Positions 1 to 8,577 of a DNA stretch of 64,000 nucleotides are shown here, piece after piece. How positions within the stretch are numbered: the stretch's first letter is position 1; each line of letters begins with the position of its first letter. The DNA comes from Gemmatimonadales bacterium (GTDB lineage Bacteria; Gemmatimonadota; Gemmatimonadetes; Gemmatimonadales; GWC2-71-9): contig DATEGE010000005.1 of assembly GCA_035280265.1 (NCBI GenBank), positions 983-64,982 of the forward strand. The letters run 5' to 3'. The notes beneath the pieces are model-generated. The model saw only the letters and a list, made by a program, of their open reading frames with translations, was not told where the DNA came from and made no database searches. The position numbers and the translations under genes were made by a program.

Positions 1-573
1 CGCGGTCCCCCAGAGACTGGCGCGAATGCCGACGAACTCGATGAGGAAGAACCCCGCCAGGGCGGTCCCCAGCACCGCGCCGAGGCTATTGAGCCCGTAC
101 AGCAGCGCGAGCGACCGCTGCAGCGCGCTGCGGTCCGCGCCCATGAACGCGCGGGTGAGCACTGGAAGCGTGCCGCCCATGAGAGTCGTGGGTACGAGCA
201 GCACCAACGCGGCGAGCCCGAACCGTAATGCCACACTGGGCGCGCCGCCGAGCCCGAGCGCTCCGACGAGGCCGATGTAGAGGCGGTGCGCCAGCCCGAG
301 TACCGCCGGCGAGATCAACCCGAAGGCGCCGATCGCGATCTCGAGGACGCCGTAGAGGGTGGCGGGCCGCGGATGCCGATCCGCCTTCCGGCCGAACAGC
401 CACGCGCCCAGGCCCAGACCGCCCATGTACGCGGCCACGACGGTCGCGACCGACTGAATCGTGGAGCCGAACGCCTGGTACAGGACCCGGACCCAGAGGA
501 GCTCGTAGACGAGCCCGGTTACACCTGACAAAAAGAAGAGCAGAGCGTACGCGCGGGCGGCGCTAGAACGCAT
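1..573 (-). CDS. Polytopic membrane protein, 5' part only (gene runs off the window). The N-terminus resembles the fused MFS/spermidine-synthase-like family.
   Basis: My own minus-strand translation from ATG 573-571 ([61 protein letters not shown]...) stays open to position 1. It has several hydrophobic helices and G/C-rich third positions. It is missing from the ORF track only because it is open at the window edge. The family call is from memory of the LLFFLSG..YE..W motif. Confidence 0.55.
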   Translation of the reverse strand, partial: MRSSAARAYALLFFLSGVTGLVYELLWVRVLYQAFGSTIQSVATVVAAYMGGLGLGAWLFGRKADRHPRPATLYGVLEIAIGAFGLISPAVLGLAHRLYIGLVGALGLGGAPSVALRFGLAALVLLVPTTLMGGTLPVLTRAFMGADRSALQRSLALLYGLNSLGAVLGTALAGFFLIEFVGIRASLWGTA

Positions 574-2719
574 GCAGGTCGCGCATCGCCTGCGAGAGAT
601 CCTCCACTTGTGGCAGTATGAAATCCTCGAGCCTGGGGGCGTAGCCGACGAACGTATCAGTCGACGCCACGCGCTTCACCGGCGCATCCAACCACGGGAA
701 GCACGCGTCGGCGACGCGGGCCGCGATCTCGGCGCCGTATCCCCACGACAGGGCGTCTTCGTAGGCGACCAGCACCTTGTTCGTCTTCGTCACCGACGCC
801 GCGATGGTCTCCCAGTCCACCGGGGACAGACAGCGCAGGTCGATGATCTCCACGCTCACGCCATCGCGCTCCTCGAGCTCCTTCGCCGCGAGCAACGCAC
901 GCTGCACTACGGCTCCGTAGGTGACGACCGTGAGATGCCGCCCCTCGCGCACGATCTTCGCCTTGCCGAACGGGATCATGAAGTTCGGCCCTGGGTTCGG
1001 CGCCTTGTTGTAGGTCTGACGGTAGAGGTGCTTGTGCTCGAGGAAGAGCACCGGGTCATCGCACCGGATCGCGGTCCGCAGCAGACCATTGGCGTCGAGC
1101 GCCGTGCTGGGACAGACCACCCGCAACCCAGGGATGGCCGTGAACACCACGGCGCCGGTCTGGGAATGGTAGATCGAGCCGCCCTTCAGGTAACCGCCGT
1201 AGGTCACGCGCACTACGACTGGCGCGCTGAAGGCGTTACTCGAGCGCCACCGCAGGGTGGCCAGCTCGTTGCGGAGCTGGTGATACGCCGGCCAAATGTA
1301 ATCGAAGAATTGAATCTCGACCACGGGCTTCAGCCCGCGGGTCGCGAGCCCGACCGCGCGGCCAACGATGTTCGCTTCGGCGAGCGGCGAGTTGTACACC
1401 CGATCACTCCCGAACTGGCGTTGCAGCCCCCAGGTGACCTTGAAGACGCCGCCCTTTCCCTTCACCTGTTCCAGGTACTGCTGCCGGCTGACATCCGCCA
1501 CATCCTCCCCGAACACGACGATGCGGGGATCGCGCGCCATTTCGTCCTTCAGGCACGCGTTCAGCAGGTCGACCATCGTGGTCGGGTCGCCACCGAACTG
1601 GGGATCGTCCTCGGTGTCGAATTGCTCGGACGTGGGGTCGACGTCGGGCGAGTAGACGTAGAGCAGCGCACTCTCGGGCGGAGGCTGAGGCGACGCCAGC
1701 GCCATGTCGGTGGCGAGGCTCACTTCCTCGTCCACCTCGCGCTTCAGGGCCTCGAGCTCTGCCTCGGTCGCGACGCCGTCGGACACCAGCTTCTTGGGGA
1801 ACCGCAAGAGGCAGTCGTGACGCGCCTCCTCCTCCCGCTCCCTGGGCGGCTTGTAGAGCACTTCATCGTCGGACAGCGAGTGCGAGTACGGCCGGGTCAC
1901 GTGCGCATGCACGAGGGCGGGACCCTTGCGCTGCCGCACGTATTCCGAGGCGCGCAGCAGCGCGTCGTACGACGCGACCGGGTCGCAGCCGTCCACTTCC
2001 TCGACGAGGAGGCCCGGGAAGTTTCGGACGAGCTTCGACACCGAACCACCCGCCGTCTGAACCTCGACGGGGACCGAGATCGCGTAGCCGTTGTCCTCGA
2101 TGAGGAAGAGGATCGGGAGCTTCAGGTTGCTGGCACTGTTCATCGCCTCCCAGAACTCTCCCTCGCTCGTGGTGCCATCCCCGGCGGAGACGTACACGAG
2201 CTCGTCGCCCTTGATCGGCTTGTCGGTGATAGCGTCGTTGCGGTCGTAGCGGAGCCATGCCTCCGCCGCGCCAACAGCCTGGAGCAGCTGGGTGCCGGTG
2301 GGACTCGATTGGCTGACGATGTTGAGCGCGCGGTTGCCCCAGTGCGAAGGCATCTGGCGACCGCCCGAGTTGGGATCTTCCGCCGCGCCCACGGCCGAGA
2401 GCAGCATCTCGGTGGGCGTCATCCCGAGCGAGAGGCAGAGGGCGCGGTCCCGATAGTAGGGATAGAACCAATCATACGAGGGGCGGAGGACCTTCCCGGC
2501 GGCGACGAGGACGGCCTCGTGCCCGGCGCCCGAGATCTGGAAGAAGATCCTGTTCTGCCGCTTGAGCTGGATTTCCTTGTCGTCGATGCGCCGCGAGAGC
2601 AGCATCAGACGGTACATGTCGACCAGGTCCGCCTTGGATAGCGTCTTGGCGGCCCGGGTCCGGAGCGGCATGCGCGTCGCCATGGCACAAAGATAGCCAA
2701 CTCCCATATTCCCTTCCAT
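563..2719 (-). CDS. Fused E1 alpha/beta component of a TPP-dependent 2-oxoacid (branched-chain type) dehydrogenase
   Basis: 718-aa ORF. The N-half ([10 protein letters not shown]...[17 protein letters not shown]) matches the E1 alpha TPP-binding region. The C-half ([37 protein letters not shown]) matches E1 beta. The start is ambiguous (ATG 2719, 2707 or 2683). It overlaps the next gene by 11 nt. Confidence 0.85.
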   Translation of the reverse strand: MEGNMGVGYLCAMATRMPLRTRAAKTLSKADLVDMYRLMLLSRRIDDKEIQLKRQNRIFFQISGAGHEAVLVAAGKVLRPSYDWFYPYYRDRALCLSLGMTPTEMLLSAVGAAEDPNSGGRQMPSHWGNRALNIVSQSSPTGTQLLQAVGAAEAWLRYDRNDAITDKPIKGDELVYVSAGDGTTSEGEFWEAMNSASNLKLPILFLIEDNGYAISVPVEVQTAGGSVSKLVRNFPGLLVEEVDGCDPVASYDALLRASEYVRQRKGPALVHAHVTRPYSHSLSDDEVLYKPPREREEEARHDCLLRFPKKLVSDGVATEAELEALKREVDEEVSLATDMALASPQPPPESALLYVYSPDVDPTSEQFDTEDDPQFGGDPTTMVDLLNACLKDEMARDPRIVVFGEDVADVSRQQYLEQVKGKGGVFKVTWGLQRQFGSDRVYNSPLAEANIVGRAVGLATRGLKPVVEIQFFDYIWPAYHQLRNELATLRWRSSNAFSAPVVVRVTYGGYLKGGSIYHSQTGAVVFTAIPGLRVVCPSTALDANGLLRTAIRCDDPVLFLEHKHLYRQTYNKAPNPGPNFMIPFGKAKIVREGRHLTVVTYGAVVQRALLAAKELEERDGVSVEIIDLRCLSPVDWETIAASVTKTNKVLVAYEDALSWGYGAEIAARVADACFPWLDAPVKRVASTDTFVGYAPRLEDFILPQVEDLSQAMRDLHAF

Positions 2720-3197
2720 GAACGAAGCGGCGAAGATGGTCCTGAAGCAGTTTCCCTACGGTCTGTACGCGGTGACGGTGAAGCACGAAGGAGAAGAGCA
2801 CGCCATGACGGCGTCGTGGGTCACGCAGACGTCGATCGACCCGCCGATGGTGGCCGTCGCGGTGGAGAACACGTCGAGGACCGTCGAAATGACGCGGGAC
2901 GCGCGGCATTTCGCCGTCAACCTCCTGCAGGAAGGCCAGCGTGAGCTCGCGGGGAAATTGGGCCGGGGGCGGGCGGAAACGCCAAGCAAGCTCAAGGGAA
3001 TCAGGACCAAGCCGGCGCCCGCGTCGGGTGCACCGGTGCTCCCCGAAGCGCTAGGCTGGCTGGACTGTCGAGTGGTGGTGACACTGCCGAGCGGTGACCA
3101 CACACTCATCCTGGGTGAAGTGATCGCCGCTGGTGTAGAGCACGCCGGAGCCAAGCCTCTCACGTTGGAGATGGCAGGGCTTCAGTACCCCGGCTAG
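2718..3197 (+). CDS. Flavin reductase-like FMN-binding domain protein
   Basis: 159-aa [41 protein letters not shown] matches the flavin reductase domain. An alternative start is ATG 2736. Its stop overlaps the convergent stop of the next gene. Confidence 0.8.
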   Translation: MNEAAKMVLKQFPYGLYAVTVKHEGEEHAMTASWVTQTSIDPPMVAVAVENTSRTVEMTRDARHFAVNLLQEGQRELAGKLGRGRAETPSKLKGIRTKPAPASGAPVLPEALGWLDCRVVVTLPSGDHTLILGEVIAAGVEHAGAKPLTLEMAGLQYPG

Positions 3198-4843
3198 CGG
3201 CGATAGACGACTTTCCCACCTACGATCGTAAGCTGCACCCGCACCCGGTCGAGTGAATCGGGCGGCACTGCGAAGAGATTGCGGTCGAGCACCACGACAT
3301 CCGCCTCGTGGCCGGTGGCGAGCGTGCCACGGCTCGCTTCATCGAACGTCGCGTAAGCGTTCCCGGCCGTATACGCTCGCAGGGCCTCCTCCACCGAGAT
3401 CTTCTGCTCCGGCACCCAGCCGTCGGGGTTCTTCCCGTCCAACGTGCGGCGCGTGACCGCCGCGTACACGCCGAGAATCGGGTCGAGCGGCGCGACCGTC
3501 CAGTCCGACCCGAACGCGAGCTTGGCGCCGGTGTCGAGCAGGGTGCGGAAGGCGTATGTCGTCTTTATGCGCGTCGGCCCGATGCGCCGCTCCACCCAGC
3601 GGCCATCGTCGATCGCGTGATACGGCTGCATCGATGCGATCACGCCGAGCTTCCCGAACAGGGGGACGTCCTGGGGTCGCAAGTGCTGAGCGTGTTCGAC
3701 CCGGAACCGACGATCGCGCGGTCCGTGTGCCCGCGCAACGCTGTCGTAGATGGAGAGGAGGATGGCGTTGGCGCGGTCGCCGATCGCGTGGACCGCCACC
3801 TGCAGTCGTACCGAGTCCGCGGCGCCGATCCAGCGGCGCATGTCCGCCTCGGGATGCTGCAACAGCCCGAAATAGCCCGCCGAATCGCTGTAGGCATCGG
3901 AGAAATACGCTGTGCGTGATCCTGCGGAGCCGTCCATGAAACCCTTCAGGCCGCCGATCTTGACCCAGTCGTCGCCCTGCCCGGACCGGGCGACCGTGTC
4001 CGCCACGGCGTGCCATGATTCGAGAGGGAGATAGACGGCGACGCGTATGGCAAGGCGCCCCGCGCGCTCGAGGCGGCGGTAGCTCGCGAGGTCCGCCCAG
4101 GACGCGGACATGTGCGCGGTGCCGGTGACGCCCAGCGAAGCGGCGGTCGCGAGCGCGCGGACGAGCGCAGAATCGCGCTGCTCCGGGGACGGGTCCGGTA
4201 TCGCCCGGCCGATCACGTCGAGCGCCCGATCTTTGAAGATTCCGGTTGGCTCGCCAGTTTTCGCATCGCGCAGGATTTCTCCTCCCGAAGGCGTGGGCGT
4301 CTCCCGCGTGACGCCCGCGGCCTTGAGCGCCAGGGCGTTGGCGAGCGCTTCGTGGCCGTCCAGGCGATTCACGAATACGGGGTTGTTGCGCGTGACCGAA
4401 TCGATCCACTCGTGATGCGGCAGCGGCTGGCCGGGCCACAGCGTGTGGTCCCAGTCACCACCAAGGATCCAGTCGCCGGGCTTGAGCGTGGCCGCGAACG
4501 CCTTCAGGCGTCGGATGAACTCGGCGGGCGTGGCGCTGGTCCGGAGATCGACCGAGGCGAGCTGGAAGCCGCCGTCCACGAAGTGCGTGTGGCCGTCGGT
4601 GAATCCAGGCATCACGAGTCCGCCGTGCGCCTGGATGGTCACGGTTCGCGACCCGACGTAGCGAGCCAGCGTCGTCTCATCATCGACCGCGAGGATCTTG
4701 CCGCGCGCCAGCGCCACGGCTCCCAGGCGGGGCGCCCCGCTCGAGAGGCCCGTCCACACCACTCCGCCCGAGACGATGATGTCGGCCTTCGGTGCACAGC
4801 CGACGATCAGGCAGAGAACTCCCAGACACAGACACCGGGCCAT
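3194..4843 (-). CDS. Amidohydrolase-family metal-dependent hydrolase, probable lipoprotein
   Basis: 549-aa ORF. It carries the PGFTDGHTHF metal-binding motif and an Amidohydro_3-like layout (HAIGD, EHAQH, GSDW). The N-terminus MARCLCLGVLCLIVGC has a lipobox-like LIVGC. Confidence 0.8.
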   Translation of the reverse strand: MARCLCLGVLCLIVGCAPKADIIVSGGVVWTGLSSGAPRLGAVALARGKILAVDDETTLARYVGSRTVTIQAHGGLVMPGFTDGHTHFVDGGFQLASVDLRTSATPAEFIRRLKAFAATLKPGDWILGGDWDHTLWPGQPLPHHEWIDSVTRNNPVFVNRLDGHEALANALALKAAGVTRETPTPSGGEILRDAKTGEPTGIFKDRALDVIGRAIPDPSPEQRDSALVRALATAASLGVTGTAHMSASWADLASYRRLERAGRLAIRVAVYLPLESWHAVADTVARSGQGDDWVKIGGLKGFMDGSAGSRTAYFSDAYSDSAGYFGLLQHPEADMRRWIGAADSVRLQVAVHAIGDRANAILLSIYDSVARAHGPRDRRFRVEHAQHLRPQDVPLFGKLGVIASMQPYHAIDDGRWVERRIGPTRIKTTYAFRTLLDTGAKLAFGSDWTVAPLDPILGVYAAVTRRTLDGKNPDGWVPEQKISVEEALRAYTAGNAYATFDEASRGTLATGHEADVVVLDRNLFAVPPDSLDRVRVQLTIVGGKVVYRR

Positions 4844-4852
4844 TCGATCCTC

Positions 4853-5122
4853 TCAGCGAAGCTTGGTAATGCGATGGATGGTTTCGAGCGCCGTCACCGG
4901 ATCGGTGGCAGTGGCCTTGCCCGACATCGGTCCGGTGGCTGCCGGCCACGAGGCGACGGCATCGCGGATGTCGAGCAGCACCTCGAGTAACAACTGCTCG
5001 CGCTGATAGGCGGCGTCGAGGTCCGCCATACGCGCCTGGTCGTTCGCTACCTTGGCGCGCTGGTAGGCCTCTCGGTAGATGGCTTCGAGATTTGCGAAGA
5101 TGCGGTCGCGGGGACGGGGCAT
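4853..5122 (-). CDS. Hypothetical small protein (89 aa)
   Basis: Read from ATG 5122 (MPRPRDRIFANLEAIYREAYQRAKVANDQARMADLD...). Third positions are G/C-rich. The longer track ORF (to 5350) runs through the repeat array and is unlikely. No family recognised. Confidence 0.45.
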   Translation of the reverse strand: MPRPRDRIFANLEAIYREAYQRAKVANDQARMADLDAAYQREQLLLEVLLDIRDAVASWPAATGPMSGKATATDPVTALETIHRITKLR

Positions 5123-5138
5123 GGAGAGAAAATATAGA

Positions 5139-5223
5139 GGCGACGGATGAGAATGCGACTGATGATAAGGCGACGACGATGAGCGACGGATGAAGGGCGC
5201 GACGGACGAAGCGGCGATGATGG
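5139..5223. repeat. Tandem array of about six 13-15-bp units, consensus GGCGACGGATGAnnA
   Basis: Read directly: ggcgacggatgagaa tgcgactgatgataa ggcgacgacgatgag cgacggatgaagg gcgcgacggacgaa gcggcgatgatgg. It is the inverted counterpart of the array at 5683-5757. Confidence 0.85.
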
Positions 5224-5297
5224 CAATGCGTGCAATTCGGGTGCGACCGGCGACGAAACGATAAAGGTTGCCAATAACGGCCCCGTTAGGTTGCCAA

Positions 5298-5667
5298 ATG
5301 GTCAAGTGCGAACGGCTACATGCCTGGCGCATGGCCCACGAGTTCGCCAAAGCGGTATATCGCGTCTACCCAAGCGTTTCCGAAGAGCGAGCTGTACGGG
5401 ATCGTCTCACAGATGCGGCGGGCTTCGCTCTCCGTTCCCACTAACATTGTCGAGGGCACAGCCAAGCGGGGGCCGGGTGAGTGCCGCCGCTTCCTCGATA
5501 CCGCCTGGGGCTCGCTTGCAGAGATGTGGTACGTGCTTCTGTTCCGCGCGGAGATGGAACTCCTAACGCCGGAGCAGCGACGGGACCTAGAGCGACTTCG
5601 CTCCAGAACTGCCAAGCTGTTGTGGGGTCTGTACCGAACGGTGGCAGCGCGCGCTAGGAGCTCGTAG
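5298..5667 (+). pseudogene. Four-helix-bundle protein gene (23S rRNA intervening-sequence protein / Avd-like family) interrupted by a +1 frameshift
   Basis: The frame of ATG 5298 gives MVKCERLHAWRMAHEFAKAVYRV and stops after 50 codons. The conserved core QAFPKSELYGIVSQMRRASLSVPTNIVEGTAKRG...FLDTAWGSLAEM continues in track ORF 5320-5667. Removing one T near 5367 joins them into one 122-aa ORF. Confidence 0.7.
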
Positions 5668-5682
5668 CTGCCGAGCGCCTTA

Positions 5683-5757
5683 CCATCCCTCGCCTTGTCA
5701 TCCCCCGCCTCGTCATCCCCCGCCTCATCATCCCTCGCCTCATCATCCGTCGCCTTC
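5683..5757. repeat. Tandem array of five 15-bp units, consensus TCATCCCyCGCCTCr (reverse complement of the 5139-5223 motif)
   Basis: Read directly: ccatccctcgccttg tcatcccccgcctcg tcatcccccgcctca tcatccctcgcctca tcatccgtcgccttc. The last unit overlaps the final codons and stop of the DUF1015 gene. Confidence 0.9.
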
Positions 5758-7011
5758 TACCCTCCGCAGCACCAGCCCGCTGGGCACCTTCGGGACGAAG
5801 TACGTCGACTTGGGCGGCATCACGTCGCCCGCGTCCGCCACCGCGAACACCTCCGCGACTTTGGTGGGATTGAGGAGCACGGCGGCCGCCGCCCGGCCGC
5901 CCCGCACCGCGTCGAACGCCGCTCGGGGATCGGGGGTGTAGGCGAGCGATGGCGTGGCGGGCCCCGCCCCGAGGATGTGCTGCACGACCAGCGCCTCGAT
6001 GCGCGCCACGTCGAGCGCGCGAACCGCCGCGCTGCGACCCAGCTCCGGCACCGCGTCGAGCGACACCGTTGGCTTGAGCACCAGCGTGACATCGTACGCG
6101 TCGGGGAACGCGACGATGCACGCCGTGCGCTCGCGCCCTAGCTCGGCCAGACGCTCGACGCGATCCATGCACGGTGCCACGCGGCCGACGTCGAACCACT
6201 CACGCCATGCCGCGACGAGCTTGGTTGGGTCGCGGCCCGCCCCGAACACGATCCGATGCGTGGGAAGGATGGTCAGGCCAGGATCTCCCGCCGGGACGAT
6301 GAACGCGAGCACGCGGTCGGCCGCGGGATGCTCCTGGGCATACGCCACCGCAGTCTCGTAGCGGTGATGGCCGTCGGCGATGTACAGCTGGTCCCGGCCG
6401 GCCAGCCGGGCCAGCTCGACCGCTGGCTCGCCGGAGACTGCCCACTGGCGGATGCCGACGCCGTCGAACTCGGCACGCGCAGCGGGCACCGCGGACGCCT
6501 GCCGCACCAGGGCGCGCGCCAGCGCACCATCGCCATCGGGGGCGAGCAGGAAGATGGATTCGAGGTTCGCGCCCGTGGCGCGCAGCAACGCCAGCCGATC
6601 GGCCTTGGGAGCGGCGTGCGTCCGTTCGTGCGGCCGTACGCGCCGCGACGAAAATGGCTCCGCCCGTAGGGCCGCCAGCATGCCGAGGCGCGTGCGCCGC
6701 TCGCCGGTGGGGAGCTGATAGTCTTGCGCCACCACGTATACCGACTCTCCGGGATCGCGCCGCAACACGCCCGCGGCTCGCCACGCCGCGAGTAGAGCGG
6801 CGGCATGGGCGTAGCGATCCTCGTTGGCTCCCCCCCTCCCCCTCGGTGGCGCTTCCGGCAACATCAGATTCACGATATTGTGGGGATCACGCGCTGCGAG
6901 TCGCGCACGGTCCTCCGGGGAAACGACGTCGTACGGAGGAGCGATGAGCGCGCTCAGGCGATCCGTCGCGGCATACCGCTCGCCCTGAAACGGTGCCACC
7001 AGGGGCGGCAT
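5743..7011 (-). CDS. DUF1015 family protein
   Basis: Start chosen at ATG 7011 (MPPLVAPFQGERYAATDRLSALIAPPYDVVSPEDR), which matches the usual DUF1015 N-terminus. The track ORF extends to 7173, but that would overlap the divergent MazG-like gene. Confidence 0.75.
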   Translation of the reverse strand: MPPLVAPFQGERYAATDRLSALIAPPYDVVSPEDRARLAARDPHNIVNLMLPEAPPRGRGGANEDRYAHAAALLAAWRAAGVLRRDPGESVYVVAQDYQLPTGERRTRLGMLAALRAEPFSSRRVRPHERTHAAPKADRLALLRATGANLESIFLLAPDGDGALARALVRQASAVPAARAEFDGVGIRQWAVSGEPAVELARLAGRDQLYIADGHHRYETAVAYAQEHPAADRVLAFIVPAGDPGLTILPTHRIVFGAGRDPTKLVAAWREWFDVGRVAPCMDRVERLAELGRERTACIVAFPDAYDVTLVLKPTVSLDAVPELGRSAAVRALDVARIEALVVQHILGAGPATPSLAYTPDPRAAFDAVRGGRAAAAVLLNPTKVAEVFAVADAGDVMPPKSTYFVPKVPSGLVLRRVEGDG

Positions 7012-7041
7012 CTCGGCGTTCACGTTGGCTTGGAGCCTCCC

Positions 7042-7362
7042 GTGCCTCTGCGCGAAGCCCAGCAGACGGTCGATCGCTGGATCGGCCAATATAGAGAAGG
7101 GTATTTCCCGCCGCTCACGAACCTCGCACGGCTCACGGAGGAGGTCGGTGAGCTGGCGCGCGAGCTGAACCACAGGTTCGGCGAAAAGACCAAGAAGCCG
7201 GAGGAAGCGGAAGGCTCCGTAGCCATGGAACTCGCCGACATCCTGTTCGTGGTCATCTGCCTCGCGAACTCACAGGGGATCGACCTCGATCGGGCGTTCG
7301 CCGACATGATGCAGAAGGTCACGTCCCGCGACGCCGATCGCTGGACCAGGAAGGCACGCTGA
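7042..7362 (+). CDS. MazG-like nucleotide pyrophosphohydrolase (small single-domain type)
   Basis: GTG 7042 is preceded by GGAG 6 nt upstream. MPLREAQQTVDRWIGQYREGYFPPLTNLARLTEEVGELARELNHRFGEK matches the YpjD/MazG-like family. The track ORF start (6805) is over-extended. Confidence 0.75.
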   Translation: MPLREAQQTVDRWIGQYREGYFPPLTNLARLTEEVGELARELNHRFGEKTKKPEEAEGSVAMELADILFVVICLANSQGIDLDRAFADMMQKVTSRDADRWTRKAR

Positions 7363-8248
7363 CCTCGTCGTAGAGGCGCTGGTAGGATACGAGACGGTCG
7401 GGATCGAACGCACCCTGCGCCGCCGCTTGGCGCAACGCGCACTCGGGCTCCGCCAGATGCCGGCAGTTGTCGAACCGGCACTGATCGAGAAAGCGCCGGA
7501 ACTCCGGAAAACACACCGCCAGGAGCTCGGGGTCGATGCCCCACGTGCCCACCTCGCGCAGGCCCGGCGTGTCCACCACGTAGCCGCCTGTCACGAGCGG
7601 CACGAGCAACGCCGCTCGCGTCGTGTGCTTGCCTGTGTCCCATTTCGCGCTGATCTCCCCGATCCCGAGTTGCAGCCCCGGGTCGAGGGCGTTCAAGAGG
7701 CTCGATTTGCCGACCCCCGATGCGCCCGCGAGCACCGAGGCGCGGCCACGCAGCAGGTCGCGGAGTGCCACCAACCCTTCCGGCTGCCGCACCGACGTGG
7801 CGAGCACCTGGTAACCGGCGGGGCCATAACGGCCCAGCAGCGCAGCGAGCGCGCTGCGGTCGAGGTCGAGGTCGATCTTGTTGAGGACCACGACCGCGGG
7901 GATGCGGTTCGCCGCCGCGATGACCAGGAACCGGTCCAGCATGCGGGGATTCAGGTCGGGACTTCGGGCCGACCCCACCACGACGACCTGATCGACGTTC
8001 GCGGCGATCGGCTGCGCGCGTGGGCGCGCGCCTGCGGCGCGACGCGCGAGCAGGCTGGCACGACGTCGTAGGCCGGAGATGGTGGCGTGTCCGTCGGCGT
8101 GCAGCTCCAGCTCCACGACGTCTCCGGCCACCACGCGGTCATCGTCCCGTTGCTTCAGCCTGCCACGCAGCACAGCCGTCACCGTCCCCGTGTCGGTGTG
8201 GACGCGATAGGTCGCGCCGGTCCGCGCCAGCACGACTCCCGTGGTCAC
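7319..8248 (-). CDS. rsgA: Ribosome small-subunit-dependent GTPase A
   Basis: GTG 8248 is preceded by GAAGGAGGG. Motifs: VVLNKIDL, LAGASGVGKSSLLNAL, GKHTTRAALLVPL and the C-terminal zinc knuckle CRFDNCRHLAEPEC. A GTGA overlap joins it to the upstream gene stop. Confidence 0.9.
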   Translation of the reverse strand: MTTGVVLARTGATYRVHTDTGTVTAVLRGRLKQRDDDRVVAGDVVELELHADGHATISGLRRRASLLARRAAGARPRAQPIAANVDQVVVVGSARSPDLNPRMLDRFLVIAAANRIPAVVVLNKIDLDLDRSALAALLGRYGPAGYQVLATSVRQPEGLVALRDLLRGRASVLAGASGVGKSSLLNALDPGLQLGIGEISAKWDTGKHTTRAALLVPLVTGGYVVDTPGLREVGTWGIDPELLAVCFPEFRRFLDQCRFDNCRHLAEPECALRQAAAQGAFDPDRLVSYQRLYDEVSVPSWSSDRRRGT

Positions 8249-8577
8249 CCGCTGCCCTCCTTCACCGGGCGCGCCGCGGCGCGTTCGATGCAGCCGTCGA
8301 GGTGCAACTTCACCTCGGCGAGCGTCAAGGCCAGGAGCGGCGCCAGGGCCTCGGCGGGGGTTGCGCCCCATCCCAGGTAATCTGTCTCGAGGTGACCGAC
8401 CGGGCGGTCGCCGGCACTGGACCAGCGGATGAACAGCAGGGCGGCGCCGTAGCGCCCGCGCGCGTCCGGGGCGTCGTCCACGAACGTTCCGACGGAGTAG
8501 GACTGGCCGTCACTCCCGGCGAACGCCGGCGCGCGCTCGTGCACCCGTTGGTAGCCGCCGAGCGTCCCGTCGGTCAA
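8245..8577 (-). CDS. Hypothetical protein (about 110 aa)
   Basis: Third positions are G/C-rich. A candidate TTG 8577 forms a TTGA overlap with the proline dehydrogenase stop, and its own stop forms a GTGA overlap with the rsgA start. Sequence ...GTLGGYQRVHERAPAFAGSDGQSYSVGTFVDD...LFIRWSSAGDRPVGHLETDYLGWG. The start is uncertain and no family was recognised. Confidence 0.5.
   Translation of the reverse strand: MTDGTLGGYQRVHERAPAFAGSDGQSYSVGTFVDDAPDARGRYGAALLFIRWSSAGDRPVGHLETDYLGWGATPAEALAPLLALTLAEVKLHLDGCIERAAARPVKEGSG

Noticed and set aside
572-2641. 689-aa plus-strand ORF antisense to the E1 dehydrogenase gene
   Set aside because: It is Arg/Gly/Leu-rich and low-complexity, with no recognisable motifs. 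The opposite strand encodes a clear E1 alpha/beta homologue. Long antisense ORFs are expected in GC-rich DNA.
5298-5667. Diversity-generating retroelement, because the gene family is related to Avd
   Set aside because: No reverse transcriptase ORF, template/variable repeat pair or C-type-lectin-fold target gene is visible near either copy (5298-5667 or 40635-41012).
5139-5757. Possible CRISPR array, because of short direct repeats
   Set aside because: The units are only 13-15 bp and are contiguous, without spacers. There are two arrays in inverted orientation around a gene, and no cas genes are in the window.
5654-6199. 181-aa minus-strand ORF ending in RRGMMRRGMTRRGMTRRGMV
   Set aside because: The peptide repeat is just the 15-bp DNA tandem array read in another frame. 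The rest overlaps the DUF1015 gene.
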